From: Betaproteobacteria bacterium
GTDB lineage: Bacteria > Pseudomonadota > Gammaproteobacteria > Burkholderiales > Burkholderiaceae_C
NCBI GenBank assembly: GCA_009923505.1
Contig: RFTK01000002.1
Location: forward strand, 1,311-65,310
DNA: 64,000 nucleotides
Direction: 5' to 3'
A program made the translations under genes and the position numbers. The notes below the pieces were generated by a model. That model was given only the letters and a program-made list of their open reading frames with translations. It searched no databases and was not told where the DNA came from. Position 1 is the first letter of the stretch. Each line of letters starts with the position of its first letter. Shown here one piece after another: positions 55,755 to 64,000 of the stretch.

Positions 55755-57542
55755 TCAGGCGTGTGTGATGGGTTGCAGACGGGCCTGGTTGGCCGCGGTC
55801 TTGAAGGGGTCAAAGCCGACGCGATTCAGCGTTTGCTGGAAGGTCTCTCGGTCCTGACGCTGGGCCACATAGGTGTCGAGGACCGATTCGATAACACCCA
55901 GGACCTCAGCGGCGGCGAAGGAGGGGCCGACGACTTTGCCCGCGCGGGCCGGTCCACTGAGGTGGCTGCCGTCCGAGCCGCCCAGGGTCATCTGGTACCA
56001 CTCCTGGCCGTCCTTGTCGACGCCCAGGATGCCAATGTGGCCGCTGTGGTGGTGTCCACAAGAGTTGATGCAACCACTGATGTGCAGATCGATCTCGCCC
56101 AGGTCGTTGAGCTCGTCCAGGTCCTGGTAACGCTCCAGGATGGCAGCCGCCAGCGGCAGCGAGCGGGCATTGGCCAGGTCGCAGTAGTCGCCGCCCGGGC
56201 AGGCGATGATGTCCGACACCAGCCCGATATTGGGGCGTGCCACGCCCAGCTTGCGCGCAGCGCGCCAGAGTTCGGGCAGCTGATCGCATCGCACCCAGGG
56301 CAGCACCAGGTTTTGCTCGTGGGTGATGCGCAGCTCTCCAGCAGAAAACTGTTCGGCCAGATCAGCCGCCGCATCCAGTTGGTCTGCGGTGGCGTCGCCG
56401 GGCGCCTGACCGATGCGTTTGAATGACAGGGTGACCGCGCGGTAATCGGGGTTGCGGTGTGCGGAGACGTTGGTGTGCAACCAGCGGCCAAATTCCACGT
56501 CGTCCTCGGCCGCTGCGCGCAGGATGCGGGCCACTTTTTCGTCGGCGTCGGTGCGATTGCAGGTCTGCGTCGGGGGCGCAAAGTGTGCCGCGTGTTGGGC
56601 CAATACCGCATCGCTGATGCGGTGCGGGGCACCGTCTTGTTCGATGATGTGGTGAAACTCCCCTTCGACTTCGTCGATGTAACGCTGGCCTTCGGCCTTC
56701 ACCAGGATCTTGATGCGGGCCTTGTACGCATTGTCACGACGCCCCCAGCGGTTGTAGACGCGAACCACCGCTTCGAGGTAGTTCAGGATGTCGCACCAGG
56801 GGAGGAACTCTCGCACCACAGTGCCGGTGATGGGGGTGCGTCCCATGCCACCGCCCACCAGCACGCGAAATCCCAGCTGGTTCTCGGCATTGCGCACGAG
56901 GTGCAGCCCCACGTCGTGCCAGGCGGTGGCAGCACGGTCTTCCTGGGCGCCGGTGATGGCAATCTTGAACTTGCGCGGCAGGAAGGCAAATTCGGGATGC
57001 AAGGTGCTCCACTGGCGGATGATTTCCGCAAAGGGCCGTGGATCGGCAATTTCGTCCGGCGCCACTCCGGCCAATTCGTCGGTGGTGATGTTGCGAATGC
57101 AATTGCCGCTGGTCTGGATGCCGTGCATGTCCACCGTGGCCAGCAAATCCATCACATCCGCACTGCGAGTCAGGGGAATCCAGTTGAACTGAATGTTGTG
57201 GCGGGTCGTGAAGTGGGCCACGCCCTTGACCAGTGGCGGCGCCTGGATGCCGCCCATCTGTTGCTGCGTGTGCTGCGCACGTTCAAACAGGGCCGCGTCG
57301 GGTTGGTCGTACTCGCGCGCAATGCGGGCAATGACGCGGAGCTGACGCGATGCGATTTCGCCATAGGGCACGGCCACGCGCAACATGGGTGCGTAGCGCT
57401 GCAGGTACCAACCATTTTGCAGTCGCAGCGGCTTGAACTCATCCCCCCCCAACTCGCCGGCCAGGTGACGGTTGAGTTGATCACGGAACTGCGCGTTGCG
57501 TTCGCGCAGGAATTGACGGTCGAAGTCGTTGTAGGCGTACAT
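55755..57542 (-). CDS. cysI: Ferredoxin-type sulfite/nitrite reductase hemoprotein
   Basis: LRLQNG, TTRHNIQ, SGNCIRN, LPRKFK, ACPGGDYC and SGCINSCGHH. Start placed at ATG 57542. Confidence 0.92.
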   Translation of the reverse strand: MYAYNDFDRQFLRERNAQFRDQLNRHLAGELGGDEFKPLRLQNGWYLQRYAPMLRVAVPYGEIASRQLRVIARIAREYDQPDAALFERAQHTQQQMGGIQAPPLVKGVAHFTTRHNIQFNWIPLTRSADVMDLLATVDMHGIQTSGNCIRNITTDELAGVAPDEIADPRPFAEIIRQWSTLHPEFAFLPRKFKIAITGAQEDRAATAWHDVGLHLVRNAENQLGFRVLVGGGMGRTPITGTVVREFLPWCDILNYLEAVVRVYNRWGRRDNAYKARIKILVKAEGQRYIDEVEGEFHHIIEQDGAPHRISDAVLAQHAAHFAPPTQTCNRTDADEKVARILRAAAEDDVEFGRWLHTNVSAHRNPDYRAVTLSFKRIGQAPGDATADQLDAAADLAEQFSAGELRITHEQNLVLPWVRCDQLPELWRAARKLGVARPNIGLVSDIIACPGGDYCDLANARSLPLAAAILERYQDLDELNDLGEIDLHISGCINSCGHHHSGHIGILGVDKDGQEWYQMTLGGSDGSHLSGPARAGKVVGPSFAAAEVLGVIESVLDTYVAQRQDRETFQQTLNRVGFDPFKTAANQARLQPITHA

Positions 57543-57708
57543 GTCAGAGGAGGACGAGTGGGTTGCCAGACCAAGCCGGCACAAGAGACTGGGCGGATGC
57601 GCCGGTCCCATTCACCACCGGGACGGCACAGTCGAGCCCGATATCGAGCATGGGGGTGAACTGTAGTGGTCACCCATCAGAACCCAAACGACTTTTTAGT
57701 TCTGCCTA

Positions 57709-57725
57709 TATTCCATTTGGGAATA
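57709..57725. promoter_or_regulatory. AT-rich palindrome TATTCC-N5-GGAATA upstream of the cys operon (possible CysB-family site)
   Basis: Perfect 6-bp inverted repeat between the mnmC stop and the cysI start. Confidence 0.4.
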
Positions 57726-57733
57726 AAGAGGTG

Positions 57734-59695
57734 TCAAAGCCGGTCAGCCTCCAGTCGGGCGGACAACTCGGGTTCCAAGGGCGAGGGTTCATGGCAGAGG
57801 CGGGCGGCCAGCCATTCTCCACACAGGACGCTCAGACTCAAGCCTCGTGCGCCCAGGCCGGTCAGGAGATGAAGGCCCGGCAGTGCATCGGGCAGGGGGC
57901 TACCCACCCGAGGGAGTCTGTCGGGCGTGGTGCAACGAACCGATGCCCAGGCGTTGACGGTGCCGTCGGCCAGTTGGGGCATCAGGTGTGCCGCGACATC
58001 GGGCAACAAGTCTTGCAAGCGGGTGAGATTTTCGACATGGTCCTGCGAATCCCACACCGCGGACTGCCGTTGTCGGTCAAAGGTGGAGCCAGCCATCCAC
58101 AGTGTGCCCTCAGGGTCGGGCACGGACCCCAAAAAACTGCCATCCCCATTCACGGGAGACGCGGGCAAAACAGCCTGCAGTGCGGCGTCTACCCTTCCCC
58201 AGCTGAGTTGGCCTCGCACGGGCGTGAGGATGGGGACACGGTCGGTGGGTAACACGGCCTCCAGCAAGTGGCGCGAACTGGGGCCGGCACACACGATCAC
58301 ATGTTCAAACGGCGCTGACAACCGTTCGTCCAGTTGCAGTTGCCACCCAGATGACTGTTTGTCATGCCGAATGCCGCGCACGGCGGCCTGCAGGTGCAGC
58401 CGGATACCCGGATGGTTCAATTGTGCTTCCACCAACCGCGCGGGTTTGAGCCACAAACCGCTTGCGTGCCACAACGGCCGGGCTTCATCTTCGGGTAACG
58501 GGGTGGTCGCAAAGGTCTGGGCGCATTCTGCTTCGGTGGCCTCACGGCTCCAGGCCTGTGCGTTGAGGGGCCAGTGATCGGGCAGACGTGCTTTGCGGGT
58601 TTTACGCGACGAGCGCCGCTCCAGCACCCCCGTGGCGCCATAGTCCTGCCCCGCTTGCAGCAAACGCTGCACTTGATCAGTGGTCGCGCGCACGCCGGCA
58701 CGTGTCAGTCGAGACAGCCAGGAATCGTCTTGAGACACATGGGGTGCACACAGCCCCGCTGGCAAGCTGGAGGCGCCGGAACACGCACTGGGCCCAGCCT
58801 CAAACACCTCCACCGTCCAGCCTCGCTGCGCCAGGGCGTGAGCCACCGCCGAGCCTGCCAGCCCAGCACCGATGACGGCACAACGAGGCGACTGCGGTGC
58901 CCGCAGCCCGGGTGCTGCAGCGTGTCGAGGGTTGGGTAGTGAGCCAGCCTGGCGAGTAGGCTGGAAACAGGCCTTCAAGGCATGGCGCTTGGGCGCGAGG
59001 CCTGACACGCGCTCCACGTCAAAGCCCACGTGCTGCAGCGCTTCACGCACGGAACGGGTGACACACCAGGTGGACAGTTGAGTTCCCGGGCGGCAGTGCT
59101 CTGCCACCTGGGACAGCAATGACGGCGACCACAACTCAGGGTTCACATCGGGTGAAAACCCATCCAGAAACACGCTGTCTGCCTGTCCGCTCAGTTCGGG
59201 CAGTCGTCGTGCGGCGGGTCCAATGCCCAGGGTGAGTAGCACCTGTCCGTCGTCCAGACGCAGTCGATGCACACCCTCTACCAGCCCCCACCAGCGCTCA
59301 GCCAGGGATTGGGCCAAGGGGCGAAGTTCGGGCCAGGGCGCTGCACTGCGCAACACATCTTGCGCCGTGACGGGAAACGCTTCCACCGACATGAAATGCA
59401 ACAAGCGCGACCGGTGGGGATCGGCGCGCCAGGCAGCCCAGGTGGCCAGGAAATTCAGGCCCAGCCCAAAGCCGGTTTCCAGAACAGTCCAGTGCGGACG
59501 GTGTTGCCACCGCGCCTGCGGGCCGAGTAACCCACAGCCTTGCAAGAACACATGGCGACTTTGCGCCAGACCGCCCAGGCCATCGAGACCCTGGCTGCGG
59601 TAGATGTCGCCAAAGCGGGGACTGCGCGGTGTGCCCTGCGCGTCCCAGACGACGGTGGGTTCAGGGGGTGGGGGGGACAAAGCCTTGCGCGACAT
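57734..59695 (-). CDS. mnmC: Bifunctional tRNA mnm5s2U34 biosynthesis protein
   Basis: [29 protein letters not shown] and GLGARG. Confidence 0.93.
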   Translation of the reverse strand: MSRKALSPPPPEPTVVWDAQGTPRSPRFGDIYRSQGLDGLGGLAQSRHVFLQGCGLLGPQARWQHRPHWTVLETGFGLGLNFLATWAAWRADPHRSRLLHFMSVEAFPVTAQDVLRSAAPWPELRPLAQSLAERWWGLVEGVHRLRLDDGQVLLTLGIGPAARRLPELSGQADSVFLDGFSPDVNPELWSPSLLSQVAEHCRPGTQLSTWCVTRSVREALQHVGFDVERVSGLAPKRHALKACFQPTRQAGSLPNPRHAAAPGLRAPQSPRCAVIGAGLAGSAVAHALAQRGWTVEVFEAGPSACSGASSLPAGLCAPHVSQDDSWLSRLTRAGVRATTDQVQRLLQAGQDYGATGVLERRSSRKTRKARLPDHWPLNAQAWSREATEAECAQTFATTPLPEDEARPLWHASGLWLKPARLVEAQLNHPGIRLHLQAAVRGIRHDKQSSGWQLQLDERLSAPFEHVIVCAGPSSRHLLEAVLPTDRVPILTPVRGQLSWGRVDAALQAVLPASPVNGDGSFLGSVPDPEGTLWMAGSTFDRQRQSAVWDSQDHVENLTRLQDLLPDVAAHLMPQLADGTVNAWASVRCTTPDRLPRVGSPLPDALPGLHLLTGLGARGLSLSVLCGEWLAARLCHEPSPLEPELSARLEADRL

Positions 59696-59933
59696 CGGCG
59701 CCTTCGCCGAAGAAATGCTTTTCCATCTGGCGCGCCAGGTACTGTCGGGCGCGTTGGTCGGCCAGGTTCAGGCGGTTTTCATTGACCAACATGGTCTGTT
59801 GGCGCATCCACTCAGCCCAGGCCTCCTTGCTCACCTGTTGCCAGATGCGCTTGCCGAGTTCGCCCGGGTAGGGAGGGAAGTCCAGTCCTTCAGCCTCAAC
59901 GCCGAGCTTGATGCATTGAACAGTGCGTGCCAT
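59661..59933 (-). CDS. yggX: Fe(II)-trafficking / oxidative damage protection protein
   Basis: [10 protein letters not shown]...[10 protein letters not shown]...[10 protein letters not shown]. Confidence 0.93.
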   Translation of the reverse strand: MARTVQCIKLGVEAEGLDFPPYPGELGKRIWQQVSKEAWAEWMRQQTMLVNENRLNLADQRARQYLARQMEKHFFGEGADVAQGFVPPTP

Positions 59934-60016
59934 GAATAAATCCTGAAGTCGTTGCGATGAATGGACTGGGGTGATACCCAGGCCGTGGACGATGACGCTG
60001 ACTGTACCAAGTTTGC

Positions 60017-61366
60017 TTAAACCAGCTTCTTGACCAGTACTTTGCTGCCACGGTCGGCGTTGTACTTGCGCTTGCGCGCCTCGGGCAACCAATCCAAGTC
60101 TGCTTGAACAAACCCCCGCTTGAGAAACCAGTGCATGGTGCGGGTGGTCAGCACGAAGATGCTGTCAAGACCCTGGGCGCGAGCCTGTTGTTCGATACGC
60201 TTGAGGACTTTCTCGCCATCCCCCTGGCCCTGCGATTGGGGCGACACGGTCAGGGCGGCCATCTCACCGGTGCGGTTTTCGGGGTACGGGTACAACGCCG
60301 CGCAAGCGAAGATCACGCCGTCGTGCTCCACCACGGTGTACTGCCCGATGTCACGCTCGATCTCGGTGCGGCTGCGCTTGACCAGCGTGCCATCATTTTC
60401 AAACGGTTCGATGAGTTGAAGGATACCGCCCACATCCTCGTGGCTGGCTTGGCGCAGGCTCTCCAGCTTTTCGTCCACCACCATGGTACCGATGCCGTCG
60501 TGCATATAAATTTCCAGCAACAAGGCCCCATCCACCGCGAACGGCAGGATGTGACTGCGCTCGACGCCTGACTCACAGGCTCTCACACAATGCTGCAGAT
60601 AAAAAGCGATGTCGGTGGGCTGGTGCGCGTTGGGCAGTTGGGTCAAGAGTCCGCGCGCTACATCCAGGGGCAACTCTGTGTCGATCGGGTTGTCATCGCT
60701 CTCGGGTTCCTGCGGTCGGACCCGTATGCCGGGCACCTCGCTCACAAAAATCAGCTTGTCCGCTTGCAAGGCCGTGGCCACTGAGGTGGCCACCTCTTCC
60801 ATGGTGAGGTTGAACGCCTCGCCCGTTGGAGAAAAACCAAAGGGAGATAGCAGGACCAGCGAACCGGCATTGAGGGTCTGGGTAATGCCCATGACATCGA
60901 CCCGGCGCACCAGGCCTGAATGCTGAAAATCCACGCCATCGACAATGCCCACCGGACGAGCGGTGATGAAGTTGCCGGAGATCACACGCACCGTGGCACC
61001 GGCCATGGGGGTGTTGGGCAACCCCTGGCTGAAAGCGGCTTCGATTTCGTAACGGATCTGTCCCGCGGCCTCTTGCGCACAGTCCAGGGCCACCTCGTCC
61101 GTGATCCGCATGCCGTGAGAGTATTGCGGCGCATGCCCCTTGGCCTGCAATTGCTCGTTGACCTGGGGGCGAAACCCGTGCACCAGCACGATCTTCACGC
61201 CCATGCTCTGGATAAGGGCCAGGTCCTGTGCCAGGTTTTGCAACTTGCCCGCTGCGATGGCCTCGCCGGCTATGGCCACCACGAAGGTTTTGCCTCGGTG
61301 CATGTGGATATAGGGCGCAACCGACCGAAACCAGGGAACAAAGGTGAAATTGAAGACAGAGGACAT
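60017..61366 (-). CDS. argA: Amino-acid N-acetyltransferase (N-acetylglutamate synthase)
   Basis: [16 protein letters not shown], a kinase-like domain plus C-terminal GNAT ([10 protein letters not shown]). Confidence 0.95.
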   Translation of the reverse strand: MSSVFNFTFVPWFRSVAPYIHMHRGKTFVVAIAGEAIAAGKLQNLAQDLALIQSMGVKIVLVHGFRPQVNEQLQAKGHAPQYSHGMRITDEVALDCAQEAAGQIRYEIEAAFSQGLPNTPMAGATVRVISGNFITARPVGIVDGVDFQHSGLVRRVDVMGITQTLNAGSLVLLSPFGFSPTGEAFNLTMEEVATSVATALQADKLIFVSEVPGIRVRPQEPESDDNPIDTELPLDVARGLLTQLPNAHQPTDIAFYLQHCVRACESGVERSHILPFAVDGALLLEIYMHDGIGTMVVDEKLESLRQASHEDVGGILQLIEPFENDGTLVKRSRTEIERDIGQYTVVEHDGVIFACAALYPYPENRTGEMAALTVSPQSQGQGDGEKVLKRIEQQARAQGLDSIFVLTTRTMHWFLKRGFVQADLDWLPEARKRKYNADRGSKVLVKKLV

Positions 61367-61502
61367 GGTGGCGGTTCAGGGCGAACGACAGGCAGTCAGT
61401 ATGAGGCAGGGCTGTTTGGGCGGGGATAATCGCTCATTCTCCCTCAAGACGTGAGCCCTGCGGCCGCTAGCGGGGTGATTCTTTTGATTCTCTGCTGCAC
61501 CT

Positions 61503-64000
61503 GTGTCTTCATCCCCTGAGTCCGTTGCCGGTTCCCCACAGCCCGAGCCCCAGCCCCGGGCTGAGTCGGGCTTGAAGATCGACTTTCCCGAGTCCTTGCC
61601 CGTTTCGGCCCGCCGGGACGAAATCATGGCGGCCATGGCGCAGCACCAAGTCATCATCGTGTGTGGCGAGACGGGTTCGGGCAAGACCACCCAGCTACCC
61701 AAGATGGCGCTGGCCTTGGGGCGCGGCAAGCTCAATGCCCGTCCCGGCGAACGCCCGAGGTTGATTGGCCACACCCAGCCTCGGCGCATTGCTGCCACCT
61801 CGGTGGCCAAGCGCATTGCCGAAGAACTCCACACCCCACTGGGTGACGTGGTGGGCTACAAGGTGCGCTTCAATGATCGCCTGAGTCGCAACGCCTCGGT
61901 CAAGTTGATGACCGACGGTATCTTGCTGGCCGAAACGCAGGGCGATCCGCTGCTGCAGGCCTACGATACCCTGATCATCGATGAGGCCCATGAGCGTAGC
62001 CTCAACATCGATTTTCTGTTGGGCTATTTGCGTCAGATCTTGCCCCGGCGGCCTGACCTCAAAGTCATCGTCACCTCGGCCACCATCGACGCCGACCGAT
62101 TTGCCCGCCACTTCGCCTTCGACTCGGGCCCCGCTCCCGTGATCATGGTCTCGGGTCGCACCTATCCGGTGGAGATGCGCTGGCGACCCTTCGAGGAAAG
62201 CCGGGACTACGGACTGGACCAGGCGATTGCCGATGCGGTGGATGAGTTGTGGCGCGACCCCCGGGATCAGGGCGACATCCTGGTGTTTTTGCCGGGTGAG
62301 CGAGAGATTCGCGAGGCGGCGGATCACCTGCGACAGCACCTGAGTCAACAGCCGGCTTTGCGTGGCACCGATGTGCTGCCCCTGTTTGCCCGTTTGTCAC
62401 AGGCCGAGCAGGACCGGGTGTTCGATTCGCATGGCGGTCGTCGCATTGTGCTGGCCACCAATGTGGCCGAGACCTCACTCACCGTGCCGGGAATTCGCTA
62501 TGTGATCGACAGCGGGACTGCCCGGGTCAAGCGCTACAGCTACCGCAGCAAGGTGGAGCAACTGCTGGTGGAGCCCATCAGCCAGGCGGCGGCGCAGCAG
62601 CGCAGCGGACGGTGCGGTCGTGTGGCCAACGGCATATGCATTCGCTTGTATGACGAGCAGGACTTCACCGGCCGGGCGCGTTTCACCGATTCCGAGATTT
62701 TGCGCAGCTCGCTGGCAGGCGTCATTTTGCGCATGAAGTCACTGCACCTGGGTGAGGTGGAGCGTTTCCCCTTCGTGGAAGCCCCGCGTCCCAAAGCCAT
62801 TTCGGATGGCTACCAACTCCTGGCAGAGTTGGGCGCGGTGGATGAACACAACGAACTCACTGCGGTGGGGCACGAACTGGCGCATTGGCCGCTGGACCCG
62901 CGCGTGGGACGTATGGTGCTCGAGGCGCGTCAGCGTCAGGCCTTGTCCGAGGTGCTCATCGTGGCCTCTGCCTTGAGTGTGCAGGATGTGCGGGATAGGC
63001 CGTTGGCCCAGCAGACACAGGCTGATCAGGCCCAAGCGCAGTTCAAGGATGAACGCAGCGAATTCAGCGGCTACCTGACCCTGTGGTCGTGGCTGGAGCG
63101 CGCGCGAGGCGGAGGCGCCCATCACCCGCCTTCGGCAAACCCGGGGCGATCGGAACCCACAACACCCACCCACAAGCTGTCCAACCGCCAGTTCGAGCAA
63201 CTGTTGCGCCAACATTTCATCAACCCAAGACGCCTGCGCGAATGGCGAGACGTGTACTCGCAACTCCTGACGGTGGTCAACCAGCAGGGGTGGCAACTCA
63301 ACTCCCAGCCGGCGAGCTACGAGCAGCTGCATTGCTCCATGCTGGCAGGCCTGCTGGGCAACATTGGCTGGCGACCCGAGGACGAGGAAGGCTACCTGGG
63401 TGCACGCGGTATTCGGTTTTACCGTCACCCGGGGGCACAGTTGCGCAAAAAGCCGGGCCGATGGGTGGTTTGTGCGGAGTTGGTCGAAACCACCCGGCTG
63501 TATGGCCGCGGCATCGCCCATATCGAACCGCGCTGGCTGGAAGAGGTGGGGGCGCATTTGTTGCGAAAACAAGTGCTGGATCCGAAGTGGGATCGACGGC
63601 AGGCCGAGGTGCAGGGCATGGAGCGAGCCACCTTGTATGGCTTGGTGGTGTACAGCGGTCGGCGCGTGCCCTATGCGCGGGTGGACCTGGCAGGCGCTCG
63701 TGAGATCTTCATCCGTGAGGCCTTGGTTGAGGGGCAGTGGGACACCGAGTTGCCATTTCTGGTGGCCAATCGCAAGCAAATTCGCAAGGTCATGGACTTG
63801 GAACACAAGTCTCGCCGACAAGATGTGCTGGTGGACGAAGCCCTCATCTATGCCTTCTACGACCAGCAGTTGCCCCCCGATGTCTGCAACGGCACAACCC
63901 TGGAGCGTTGGTATCGACAAGCCAGCCGTGCGCTCGCCCCGGGACAGCCAGCGCCACTCACACTCACACAAGCCGAGTTGATGCGCCATGAGGCGGCTGG
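61503..64000 (+). CDS. hrpA: ATP-dependent RNA helicase HrpA, partial (runs off the window end)
   Basis: Not in the ORF track (no stop in the window). The frame from GTG 61503 gives GETGSGKTTQLP, TQPRR, IIDEAHERS, SAT, FLPGE, ATNVAETS and QRSGRCGR. Confidence 0.95.
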   Translation, partial: MSSSPESVAGSPQPEPQPRAESGLKIDFPESLPVSARRDEIMAAMAQHQVIIVCGETGSGKTTQLPKMALALGRGKLNARPGERPRLIGHTQPRRIAATSVAKRIAEELHTPLGDVVGYKVRFNDRLSRNASVKLMTDGILLAETQGDPLLQAYDTLIIDEAHERSLNIDFLLGYLRQILPRRPDLKVIVTSATIDADRFARHFAFDSGPAPVIMVSGRTYPVEMRWRPFEESRDYGLDQAIADAVDELWRDPRDQGDILVFLPGEREIREAADHLRQHLSQQPALRGTDVLPLFARLSQAEQDRVFDSHGGRRIVLATNVAETSLTVPGIRYVIDSGTARVKRYSYRSKVEQLLVEPISQAAAQQRSGRCGRVANGICIRLYDEQDFTGRARFTDSEILRSSLAGVILRMKSLHLGEVERFPFVEAPRPKAISDGYQLLAELGAVDEHNELTAVGHELAHWPLDPRVGRMVLEARQRQALSEVLIVASALSVQDVRDRPLAQQTQADQAQAQFKDERSEFSGYLTLWSWLERARGGGAHHPPSANPGRSEPTTPTHKLSNRQFEQLLRQHFINPRRLREWRDVYSQLLTVVNQQGWQLNSQPASYEQLHCSMLAGLLGNIGWRPEDEEGYLGARGIRFYRHPGAQLRKKPGRWVVCAELVETTRLYGRGIAHIEPRWLEEVGAHLLRKQVLDPKWDRRQAEVQGMERATLYGLVVYSGRRVPYARVDLAGAREIFIREALVEGQWDTELPFLVANRKQIRKVMDLEHKSRRQDVLVDEALIYAFYDQQLPPDVCNGTTLERWYRQASRALAPGQPAPLTLTQAELMRHEAA

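Noticed and set aside
59661-59695. 35-bp overlap of yggX and mnmC, and the ThiE N-terminal extension
   Set aside because: Ordinary features of compact operons and of ThiE proteins in this group. Nothing suggests novelty.

Overview
GC-rich bacterial chromosomal window, most likely Burkholderiales/Comamonadaceae (inferred from the solo Bug/TctC proteins, the cysI-DUF934-cysH-cysD-cysN order, long ThiE and divergent argA/hrpA). It has three zones. (1) 1-43.5 kb: about 40 densely packed catabolic and transport genes: two cyclase-family hydrolases, a flavin monooxygenase, a Liv-type ABC importer, a three-subunit Mo-hydroxylase, a ThDP decarboxylase, a paired acyl-CoA dehydrogenase, a BMP/nucleoside ABC importer and several amidohydrolases/esterases. 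I recognise no transcriptional regulator among them. (2) 43.6-46.9 kb: an AT-rich accessory zone downstream of an intact tRNA-Asn(GTT) gene. Two extra copies of the tRNA 3' half, both ending exactly at the anticodon loop, delimit two tandem miniature integrative elements of 1,010 bp and 2,167 bp. Their ends share a terminator/IHF hairpin and ACCACTAAA repeats. Their intact cargo is three predicted envelope proteins, and the only integrase is broken. This cassette-like array is the most interesting structure in the window. (3) 46.9-64 kb: housekeeping genes (thiE-G-S-O with a head-to-head thiD and no thiC here, FNR/fdxA, cys operon, mnmC, yggX, argA, partial hrpA). All calls come from reading motifs by eye; no database searches were run. 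Several starts were moved from the ORF track to better-supported codons.
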